The notes below the pieces were generated by a model, which saw only the letters and a program-made list of their open reading frames with translations, ran no database searches and was not told the origin of the DNA. The position numbers and the translations under genes are program-made. Below, in pieces: positions 45,916 through 53,429 of a stretch of DNA of 54,926 bases. How positions within the stretch are numbered: the stretch's first letter is position 1; each line of letters opens with the position of its first letter. Source of the stretch: Candidatus Rifleibacteriota bacterium (GTDB lineage: Bacteria; Muiribacteriota; Ozemobacteria; Ozemobacterales; Ozemobacteraceae); the NCBI GenBank assembly GCA_028689875.1, contig JAQVCG010000005.1, forward strand, positions 1-54,926, in the 5' to 3' direction.

Positions 45916-46858
45916 TAAGCATTTTATAAAACTGATCTTGCTTGTGCTTGCAATTGTCGGGTTTGCGGGCAGCTCTTTTGCTCAAGACGCCTATTATAAC
46001 ACTTTCAATGATTATGAAATTTATTCAACAATGGCGCGTTCAAAGGGTTTTAAACCAAAGATAAAGCGCGAAAGCATATTTAAACCGACTCCTGCTACTG
46101 CCGTAAATAGCGATGGGCTTATTGGTTTTTTTGTTGGCAACAGCGCAGAGTTAATAGAGCAGGGTGAAATGGTTTTAAGCTCAAGATTTAAATATAATGA
46201 GCTGAGCTCTGCATACGGCCGCGCATACAACTCAGCCGAAGAGGGAAGTGTATCTTCTTTTGAAACTTCTCTTACTTGGGTTGGTGATTGGGCAGAATGG
46301 TCAGTTACCGTGCCTTTACATAAATGGGATTTGAGTGCACCGCGAACTTATGGCGACTATGCAGAAAGCAATAACGGAATGGGTAACATGAAGTTAGGCT
46401 GGAAGGCGACCTATATGCGTGATCACAGCTACTATAGAGGGGCATATGGTATAGTGGCGGCTTTTCCGACAGGTAACCCCGATTCGATGTTACCGGCAGG
46501 TGTAAAAGAGGGCGAAGAGTTTAAGCTTTTCGGATGTTTGACCACCAGCGAAACCGATAGAGCAAAGGCCAATATAGAAATGGGTTATATTATCAACAAT
46601 GAAGATGATGATGAAAGCAGATTCATTTATAATTTTGGTTTAAGTTATGAAGCTACAGAGCATGTATCGCTGATTTCAGAAATATCGGGCGAAGTGCAGG
46701 GTGGCGACGATAAAGACACAATGGATCTTATCTTAGGTGCAAGATTTGGAGCCACAGAGAAGATAAAAATTGAACTGGCCTGGTACAGAAATTTGCGAAC
46801 ATACCGTGCATATGGTTGGGACGACAGACTACAAGCCGGATTTTCAATGTGGTGGTAA
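45899..46858 (+). CDS. Putative outer-membrane beta-barrel protein
   Basis: The ORF starts at TTG and overlaps the TPR gene by 17 nt. The signal peptide is KLILLVLAIVGFAGSSFAQD. The sequence alternates amphipathic strands and ends in the aromatic terminus GFSMWW. It loosely resembles MetA-pathway/transporter-type small barrels (GIVAAFPTGNP). Confidence 0.6.
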   Translation: MLPVCDKHFIKLILLVLAIVGFAGSSFAQDAYYNTFNDYEIYSTMARSKGFKPKIKRESIFKPTPATAVNSDGLIGFFVGNSAELIEQGEMVLSSRFKYNELSSAYGRAYNSAEEGSVSSFETSLTWVGDWAEWSVTVPLHKWDLSAPRTYGDYAESNNGMGNMKLGWKATYMRDHSYYRGAYGIVAAFPTGNPDSMLPAGVKEGEEFKLFGCLTTSETDRAKANIEMGYIINNEDDDESRFIYNFGLSYEATEHVSLISEISGEVQGGDDKDTMDLILGARFGATEKIKIELAWYRNLRTYRAYGWDDRLQAGFSMWW

Positions 46859-46867
46859 TTTTAAATT

Positions 46868-47266
46868 TTAGCCGCCGCAAATAAAAGCGTTTTTAACGTG
46901 ATTTAAAATCGGTGCCGAGCTATTATCAGTCATTGTTATGCCAACAACGTCAAATCTGCAATATCGATTTTCGATAGAGTTGTTTTCTATATAATAACGC
47001 GCACATCGTTCCATTTGTCTTCTTTTTCTGGAAGTAATTGTGTCGAGAGGGGTTCCATTTAAGTCATTTTTTTTAGTGCGAACCTCCACGAAAACTATGT
47101 CATCGGCATCAGTCATAACTAAATCAATTTCACCGATTTTTTTACCGCTCGTGAAGTCATCAATTCGATAATTAGCGCATACAAGCTTGTAGCCGAGACT
47201 TAGTAGGTGTTCTAATGCAAGTTTTTCGCCATATATGCCGAGAGCCGTTTTTGAAATATCGGCCAT
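46868..47266 (-). CDS. yraN: YraN-family (UPF0102) endonuclease-like protein
   Basis: GEKLALEHLLSLGYKLVCANYR, GEIDLVMTD and IVFVEVRTK match the YraN pattern. Confidence 0.85.
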   Translation of the reverse strand: MADISKTALGIYGEKLALEHLLSLGYKLVCANYRIDDFTSGKKIGEIDLVMTDADDIVFVEVRTKKNDLNGTPLDTITSRKRRQMERCARYYIENNSIENRYCRFDVVGITMTDNSSAPILNHVKNAFICGG

Positions 47267-47269
47267 CAG

Positions 47270-48829
47270 TTATTTTACTCGTTTTTTTAATTCAAAAATC
47301 ATATCTTTAGCAACAGACCATTCACGAGAATTTTCGGGCGAATTTGCATATACTTTTTCAAACCTGAGTATTGCCATTTTTCCGGCTTCATTATCTCCTT
47401 TGACAAGAAGCAAATCTGTGTATGCATTTGCACTTTTCATGAGGAGTTTAATATTAGATGGATCAACTTTTAAACCCGTTTCGATAACGGCCAAAGCATC
47501 GGTAATTCTGCTGTCTCTGCTTAATCTGTCTGCTTCCGCAATAATTTGGTCGACATTCATGCTTTGAATAAGAATATCACTCGGACGAGGCTTGTCGTCC
47601 TCAATGGCAGATTTCGTAGCAAGTTCTTTCGCGGCGAGCAAGGCTTCGTGTTCCTTTTGTGCCTTGCGCGCGGCCTCTATCGCAGCCTTTTCAGCTTCAT
47701 AAGCTGCTAATAGACGTTTTGCTTCATCCACATATTCATTGTTGTTTTTGCCGCTTGAAAGTAAATAGCTATTAAAATCTTTTGACGCTAATTCAAGGTG
47801 TCCTGATATATAAATCAGCATTCCTCTGTAAAATAAACCTTCGGGCATGCGATTGGGGCGATCTTTTAAAAACTCGAGTGCAGCCTTAATCAACCCATTT
47901 TCAGGTTCAGACAACAAATCACGTTCAGAGGTTATAGCTGTAATATAAAGTTCGATAGCTTTTTCAAGACTATTACTTTCAAAGGCATCCATGGCTTTGT
48001 TAAAAATGCTGGCAGCCGCGCCTTTGCGCTTTGTTCGGTGTTGCTTTTTAGCAATTCTATTGTCTTTAACTTGTTGTAATTTAGAAGATATTTTCTCAGG
48101 TTTAACTTCAGTTTTTGGCTGAGGCTTAACCGGCTCTTTTTTTACAACTGGTTTAACTGGTTCAGGTATGCGGGAATCAGCTAATAAAATCTGTGCTTCT
48201 TCGAAAGTTTGTGAGCTCGTCATTTGTTCTTCGGAACCGGTAAGTATTCTTAGTCTTTGTAGTGCCTGCGAAAAAGAAGGGTTCAACGAAAGAGCTCTGC
48301 CGTAGCTTTCTCTTGCTTCTTGCATTCGACCCATTGCTTCATAACATAAACCTTTGTTGTACGGTATCCATGGAGAATCAGGGTCTATTCGTTCAGCTTG
48401 TTCATAGCAGTGTAAGCTGTCACGATATTGTCCGGCCTTCTTATAAAGAATACCTAAATTGTTGTATGCGTGAAAGTTATTGGGATCTACTCTTAGCAAT
48501 GTGAAATAGGCTTCAACAGCCTTTAAAAAATCATTTGCCACACCGTATTCCATTGCAATATTTAGGTGTGATTCGATATCTCTTGGATTCTCGATTAGGC
48601 GTTGTTGTAATTGATATATTCTGCTCGCATTTATAGCGCCATGAGCTTCTTCAACTTGAAATGAAAATAAGCAAACGAAAACGCACACTGCAAGAAAAAC
48701 ATTTCTTGCAGTGGCTAAAATATCAAGCAAAATCAGTTTAATACTACTCTTCAACTTCTTCCTGCTTAGTTGGCACGATAACAAACTTGATGGCTGTTTT
48801 TTCAAATCCATCAATAAAAGTTCTGGCAA
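47270..48829 (-). CDS. TPR-repeat protein with N-terminal membrane anchor
   Basis: The anchor is VFLAVCVFVCLFSF. TPR units such as AVEAYFTLLRVDPNNFHAYNNLGILYKKAGQY are present, and the central region is Lys/Pro-rich. The true start is probably downstream (for example the TTG near 48730), because the long frame overlaps the spoVS 3' end. Confidence 0.75.
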   Translation of the reverse strand: MPELLLMDLKKQPSSLLSCQLSRKKLKSSIKLILLDILATARNVFLAVCVFVCLFSFQVEEAHGAINASRIYQLQQRLIENPRDIESHLNIAMEYGVANDFLKAVEAYFTLLRVDPNNFHAYNNLGILYKKAGQYRDSLHCYEQAERIDPDSPWIPYNKGLCYEAMGRMQEARESYGRALSLNPSFSQALQRLRILTGSEEQMTSSQTFEEAQILLADSRIPEPVKPVVKKEPVKPQPKTEVKPEKISSKLQQVKDNRIAKKQHRTKRKGAAASIFNKAMDAFESNSLEKAIELYITAITSERDLLSEPENGLIKAALEFLKDRPNRMPEGLFYRGMLIYISGHLELASKDFNSYLLSSGKNNNEYVDEAKRLLAAYEAEKAAIEAARKAQKEHEALLAAKELATKSAIEDDKPRPSDILIQSMNVDQIIAEADRLSRDSRITDALAVIETGLKVDPSNIKLLMKSANAYTDLLLVKGDNEAGKMAILRFEKVYANSPENSREWSVAKDMIFELKKRVK

Positions 48830-49025
48830 AAGAAATTTTGGCGGCTAAACTTATATTTCTTGTTATCATGTAAGACCTCGCTATTGCAATGGCCTTTACC
48901 GATTGATTTACGGCACCGGCACCAACCGCGAGTAATGCTAGCTCGCCGGTTTGCTCTAATATCGCTATTATAGCTCCGGCTACCGATTTTGGATTAGACG
49001 ACGATGCTACTCTTAGTATTTCCAT
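48744..49025 (-). CDS. spoVS: SpoVS-family protein
   Basis: MEILRVASSSNPKSVAGAIIAILEQTGELALLAVGAGAVNQSVKAIAIARSY closely follows the SpoVS consensus (MEILKVSAKSNPNSVAGALAGVLRE...IGAGA.NQAVKA.AIARG). A TAGGAG Shine-Dalgarno precedes the start. Confidence 0.88.
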   Translation of the reverse strand: MEILRVASSSNPKSVAGAIIAILEQTGELALLAVGAGAVNQSVKAIAIARSYMITRNISLAAKISFARTFIDGFEKTAIKFVIVPTKQEEVEE

Positions 49026-49043
49026 CTCAACTCCTATCAGTAG

Positions 49044-49072
49044 ATTATATTACATAAAAATCAATAAGTAAA
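49044..49072 (-). promoter_or_regulatory. Putative sigma70-type promoter for spoVS
   Basis: On the - strand I read TTTACT (49072-49067), a 17-nt spacer and a perfect TATAAT (49049-49044). The site is about 20 nt upstream of the spoVS Shine-Dalgarno. Confidence 0.45.
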
Positions 49073-49083
49073 TAAAATACTGA

Positions 49084-50322
49084 TTATTCGGGCTTCACAA
49101 AAAGAACAGATGCGTTTTGTCCGCCAAATCCAAATGAATTTACCAGGCCTCCGTCTATTTGTTTTTCTATGTATTTAAGGGGTACCAAATCTAAATCTGC
49201 CAACTCTGGTATAACATTTTCAAGATTAATAGTCGGGTGTATAAAACCGCCCATAATTTGTAAAATAGTTGCTACTGAACCCATTGCTCCTGCAGCACCG
49301 AGTAAATGTCCAATCATAGATTTAGTAGAGTTAATGCTTACGTTAGAAATATTGTCTCCGAATACTTTTCTAACTCCGCGCATTTCAGCTGCATCACCAA
49401 GCATTGTGCTTGTGCCATGTGCATTAACATAGTTAACTCTTTCAATCGGGAAATTATTCTGTTTAATTGCTTTTGTCATGGCGTAATATCCGCCGAGTCC
49501 ATCAGGGTGAGGGGCTGTCAGATGGTATGCATCAGCAGAAGCACCAAAACCTCTAACTTCGGCAAGAATCTTCGAACCACGTTTTTTTACGCTTTCTTCG
49601 CTTTCTAATACAAGCACTGCTGCGCCTTCGCTCATTACAAATCCGTCGTGATCAACGTCAAAAGGTCTTGAGGCGCGTTCGGGTTCGTCGTTACGCGTTG
49701 ACAGAGCTTTCATTTTTGCAAATCCGGCTACCGTAAGCGGGATCAATGGTGCTTCAGCACCACCGCAAACCATAATATCACATTCGTCATGCAGAATTTT
49801 TAGATAAGATTCACCGATAGAATGTAAGCTTGATGCGCACGCAGAAACGATACAATAATTGGGTCCCATCATTTCATATTCCATTGCAATAAGCCCTGAG
49901 GCAATATTGCATATCATCATTGGAACCAAAAACGGGCTAACTCTTGAAGGCCCTGATGCTAATATCGTGTTGTGTTCATCTTCAAAAGCTTTAATACCGC
50001 CAATACCTGTTGAGACAATTACACCTGCGCGTGAAGGATCAAAATTCTTTTCTTTTAATCCAGACATTTCTGCTGCCATATTTGCTGCACTTATAGCAAA
50101 TTGAGCATATCTGTCTTGTCTTCGGGCTTCTTTTTTATTCATATAAAGGCCGGGATCAAAATCTCTGACTAATCCTGCTATTTTTACAGTATGGTCAGTT
50201 GTGTCATAAGTGTCAATTGCACTTATTCCGCTTTTGCCTTCCTTAAGAGCTTTTGAAAAATTATCAAGTCCAATGGCGTTGGGGCTTATAGCTCCCATTC
50301 CTGTAACAAAGACGCGCTTCAT
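49084..50322 (-). CDS. fabF: 3-oxoacyl-ACP synthase II
   Basis: ACASSLHSIG (active Cys), NAHGTST, GHLLGAAG and NSFGFGGQN are KAS II motifs. Confidence 0.93.
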   Translation of the reverse strand: MKRVFVTGMGAISPNAIGLDNFSKALKEGKSGISAIDTYDTTDHTVKIAGLVRDFDPGLYMNKKEARRQDRYAQFAISAANMAAEMSGLKEKNFDPSRAGVIVSTGIGGIKAFEDEHNTILASGPSRVSPFLVPMMICNIASGLIAMEYEMMGPNYCIVSACASSLHSIGESYLKILHDECDIMVCGGAEAPLIPLTVAGFAKMKALSTRNDEPERASRPFDVDHDGFVMSEGAAVLVLESEESVKKRGSKILAEVRGFGASADAYHLTAPHPDGLGGYYAMTKAIKQNNFPIERVNYVNAHGTSTMLGDAAEMRGVRKVFGDNISNVSINSTKSMIGHLLGAAGAMGSVATILQIMGGFIHPTINLENVIPELADLDLVPLKYIEKQIDGGLVNSFGFGGQNASVLFVKPE

Positions 50323-50340
50323 TAGTAGTTGTCTCCTTGC

Positions 50341-51291
50341 TTAGTCGATGTAGTCTAATCCGTTAAAGAAATTGTGCATTATGTCTTTTACTGATAAAAT
50401 TTCATTTATTCTATAAACTGCTTCACCAGCAAAAACTAGCCCTTTATCAAGATTTCCTTTATGGGCTTCAATCAAAGATTGCACAATACAAAACCTTCTT
50501 GAGCATTTTTTTAAACAACGTATACACCCTGTGGGTTTTGCTTCGTCTCTAGCAACTTTTTCGGTGAACTCTGTAGGAAGAGCGTTTCCCCATAATCCTA
50601 CGGGGCTCATAATTTTGAAAACATCACCTTTTTTTGCTTTTAAATAAGTATCATGAAATGGTTTTTCAACATTTGCTTCAAAACTTGCAGCAAATCTTGT
50701 ACCTACCTGAACTCCGTCTGCACCCATTTTATATGCTTCAATTATATCGCTTTGCTCAATCATTCCACCGGCTAAAATTACTGGAAGATTTACTGCTGCT
50801 CTTACTTCAGGGAAAATTGCTTTTCCCGGTCTGTCGCTTCCTAGGTGTCCTCCTGCATCACTGCCTTCTACAATAACTGCAGCTGCCCCAAGACGTTCTG
50901 AAAGCTTTGCAGCCTTATCTGTTGAGACTATTGGTACAACGGGTATATTAAATTCTTTGCCTATACCAAAGATGTCTTTTGAAAAGCCTGCACCGGCGAT
51001 TAATGCGTCAATTCCTGATTCAGCTGCAACACGCATAAGACCTAAAAAATCTGATGCTGCAACCATTGTATTAATGCCAACAATGCCGCCATTGGCTATG
51101 CTTCTTGCTTTTTTTATTTCGGCACGCAATTCATCGTGACCCATGCCAGAACCGGCAATGAGACCGATTCCGCCTTCGCGTGCTACTGCTCCGGCAAGTT
51201 CGCCCGTAGAAACGCGTATTGCCATGCCGCCTTGAATTAATGGAAAGCGTGGCTGTAAATTGCCTATTTTAAGACGTGGCAGTATTTTCAC
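50341..51291 (-). CDS. Nitronate monooxygenase/FabK-superfamily flavoprotein (second, divergent copy) with C-terminal CX2CX3CX4C motif
   Basis: FPLIQGGMAIRVSTGELAGAVAREGGIGLIAG, GGHLG and VQVGTRF mark an NMO/FabK-type TIM barrel. The Cys cluster GCIRCLKKCSRRFC lies at 50488-50526. Confidence 0.75.
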   Translation of the reverse strand: MKILPRLKIGNLQPRFPLIQGGMAIRVSTGELAGAVAREGGIGLIAGSGMGHDELRAEIKKARSIANGGIVGINTMVAASDFLGLMRVAAESGIDALIAGAGFSKDIFGIGKEFNIPVVPIVSTDKAAKLSERLGAAAVIVEGSDAGGHLGSDRPGKAIFPEVRAAVNLPVILAGGMIEQSDIIEAYKMGADGVQVGTRFAASFEANVEKPFHDTYLKAKKGDVFKIMSPVGLWGNALPTEFTEKVARDEAKPTGCIRCLKKCSRRFCIVQSLIEAHKGNLDKGLVFAGEAVYRINEILSVKDIMHNFFNGLDYID

Positions 51292-51314
51292 CTAAATTTC
51301 TCCCTAAAACGATA

Positions 51315-51348
51315 TTTTCACCGGTATTGTAAAATATACCGGTGAAAA
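51315..51348 (-). other. Stable stem-loop between acpP and the downstream NMO-family gene
   Basis: TTTTCACCGGTAT (51315-51327) pairs with ATACCGGTGAAAA (51336-51348). On the - strand transcript there is no clean U-tract after it, so it may be a partial terminator or a processing/stability element. Confidence 0.5.
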
Positions 51349-51363
51349 AAACGTCAACTATAA

Positions 51364-51600
51364 TCAGCCTTTTTTGGCTTCTACGTATCTTACTGCATCA
51401 CCAACAGTTTTGAGACCTGAAGCATCTTCATCAGGAATTTCAATACTGAAATTTTCTTCGAGAGCCATAACGAGTTCTACAGTATCAAGGCTGTCTGCGC
51501 CCAAATCATCGATAAAACCGGCTTCCATTGTTACTTGTTTTTCATCGACCTGAAGTCGGTCAACAACGATTCTTTTAATGTCTTCGAAATAATTTGCCAT
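51364..51600 (-). CDS. acpP: Acyl carrier protein
   Basis: [18 protein letters not shown] contains the phosphopantetheine Ser. The protein is 78 aa and a GGAGG Shine-Dalgarno precedes the start. Confidence 0.95.
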   Translation of the reverse strand: MANYFEDIKRIVVDRLQVDEKQVTMEAGFIDDLGADSLDTVELVMALEENFSIEIPDEDASGLKTVGDAVRYVEAKKG

Positions 51601-51645
51601 TTTTATAATTCCTCCTGAGAATTTACGAACTTAATTGTTATTGCA

Positions 51646-52401
51646 TTACATTACCATACCGCCATCGACGGTAAGTACTTGACCTGTAATATAAGACGCC
51701 TTTTCTGACGCTAAGAAGACTACAGCATTAGCTACATCGTGTGGATTACCGAATTCACCCATCGGAATTTGGGCCATCATCTGTTCTTTTACTTTGTCGG
51801 GCAGGCCGGCTGTCATGTCAGAATTGATGAAGCCGGGGGCAACAGCATTGGAACGAATACCTTTTTTGCCAAATTCTTTGGCAAAAGTTTTGGTGAAACC
51901 AATAACGCCGGCTTTGCTTGCAGAATAGTTAGCCTGACCGGCATTGCCCATCAAACCTACGACAGAAGCTATGTTTATGACTGAGCCAGATTTCTGGCGC
52001 AACATTACTTTCACAACCGATTTAGACATCAAGAAGGTGCCTTTTAAATTAATTTTTAATACTAAATCCCAAGCTTCTTCTGTCATGCGCAAAAGCAGAC
52101 CGTCTCTTGTTACACCTGCGTTGTTAACAAGTGTATCTATGCGGCCAAAAGCTTCAACTGCAGCATTAGTTAGTTTGTCTGCATCTTCTGCTTTTGATAC
52201 GTCGGCAACACATGTAGTAGAAGTTACTCCAAGAGCGTCAAGCTGAGCTTTAGCTTTTTCGAGACCTTCCTGATTAATGTCAGAAAGAACAATACGATAA
52301 CCGGATTCGGCAAAAGTTTTTGCAATTTCGAAACCGATTCCACGAGCCGAACCAGTAATAATTACTACTGGGGCTTCTTTTGAATTTACATTATTTTCCA
52401 T
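51646..52401 (-). CDS. fabG: 3-oxoacyl-ACP reductase
   Basis: TGSARGIG, NNAG and YSASKAG are SDR motifs, and the gene sits in a fab cluster. I placed the start at MENNVN; the ORF-track frame starts 5 codons earlier. Confidence 0.92.
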   Translation of the reverse strand: MENNVNSKEAPVVIITGSARGIGFEIAKTFAESGYRIVLSDINQEGLEKAKAQLDALGVTSTTCVADVSKAEDADKLTNAAVEAFGRIDTLVNNAGVTRDGLLLRMTEEAWDLVLKINLKGTFLMSKSVVKVMLRQKSGSVINIASVVGLMGNAGQANYSASKAGVIGFTKTFAKEFGKKGIRSNAVAPGFINSDMTAGLPDKVKEQMMAQIPMGEFGNPHDVANAVVFLASEKASYITGQVLTVDGGMVM

Positions 52402-52485
52402 ATTTACCTCGCACAAACTAAGTAACTCTTAAAGAGTAGATTTGTGTTATTACATTTTTTCTCTGCTAATGTCAAGCATAATAAT

Positions 52486-53415
52486 TTAAACGATCTCAGA
52501 CTTAAGCAACATTTCAAGTGATTGAGGATCGTTGGCAAACAATGTGTTTGCATTAACAGATATCTTTTTATTGAGCCCTGCTAATACCTTACTAGGACCT
52601 ATTTCAATAAACTCGGTTATACCGTTTGTCAACATATTGTTAACGCTGTCTTCGTAAAGAACAGAACCTGTAATTTGATTCAAAAGCTTTGTTTTAAGGC
52701 TTAAGGAATCTGTTGTGGGTTTTCCGTCTACATTTGTATAAACCGGTATTGAAGCATTTTTAAAATTAACTGACTCAAGTGCTGTTGCAAGACTTTCTTT
52801 AGCTTTGATCATTAGAGGTGAGTGGAAAGGACCTGAAACATCAAGTGGAACAACTTTTCGCGCGCCCTTGCTCAACGCAAGCTCTCCTGCTTTTTTTACC
52901 GCATTTGTTTCGCCAGAAATTACAAGCTGCCCTGGGCAATTATAGTTTGCAATTTGACAAACGCCAATTTCTGAGGCTTCAAAACAAACCTGTTCTAATA
53001 CATCTCTGCCAAGCATCATTACAGCACTCATGGCACCGGTTCCTGCTGGACAAGCTTTTTCCATTGCTTTAGCTCTTAAATCAACCAATTTTAATAGGTC
53101 TTCAAAAGAGGCTACAGAGGCAGCATATAATGCGTTGTATTCTCCAAGACTGTGGCCGGCAACTGCACTAAATGTAAAACCATTTTTTTTCAACCATTCT
53201 GTTAAGATGGCTGAAACAACAAATATTGCAGGCTGAGTGTTAGTGGTCTTTTTTAATTCTTCATCTGGTCCATTGAAACAAATGCTACTAAGGTTTCTTC
53301 CAAGTATTTCATCTGCTTTGTGCATCATTTCTGATGCCCATGAAAATGATTCACAAATTGCAAGACCCATTCCAGTTTTTTGTGAGCCTTGTCCAGGAAA
53401 AATTAAAGCTTTCAT
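52486..53415 (-). CDS. fabD: Malonyl-CoA:ACP transacylase
   Basis: FPGQGSQ, GHSLGEY and FHSPLM are present. I placed the start at MKALIFPGQGSQ; the ORF-track frame extends to 53427. Confidence 0.93.
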   Translation of the reverse strand: MKALIFPGQGSQKTGMGLAICESFSWASEMMHKADEILGRNLSSICFNGPDEELKKTTNTQPAIFVVSAILTEWLKKNGFTFSAVAGHSLGEYNALYAASVASFEDLLKLVDLRAKAMEKACPAGTGAMSAVMMLGRDVLEQVCFEASEIGVCQIANYNCPGQLVISGETNAVKKAGELALSKGARKVVPLDVSGPFHSPLMIKAKESLATALESVNFKNASIPVYTNVDGKPTTDSLSLKTKLLNQITGSVLYEDSVNNMLTNGITEFIEIGPSKVLAGLNKKISVNANTLFANDPQSLEMLLKSEIV

Positions 53416-53429
53416 GAATGTCTCCAATT

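Noticed and set aside
48744-49025. SpoVS as evidence that the organism sporulates.
   Set aside because: SpoVS-family genes occur widely outside endospore formers. No other sporulation genes are in the window, and several diderm envelope genes are.
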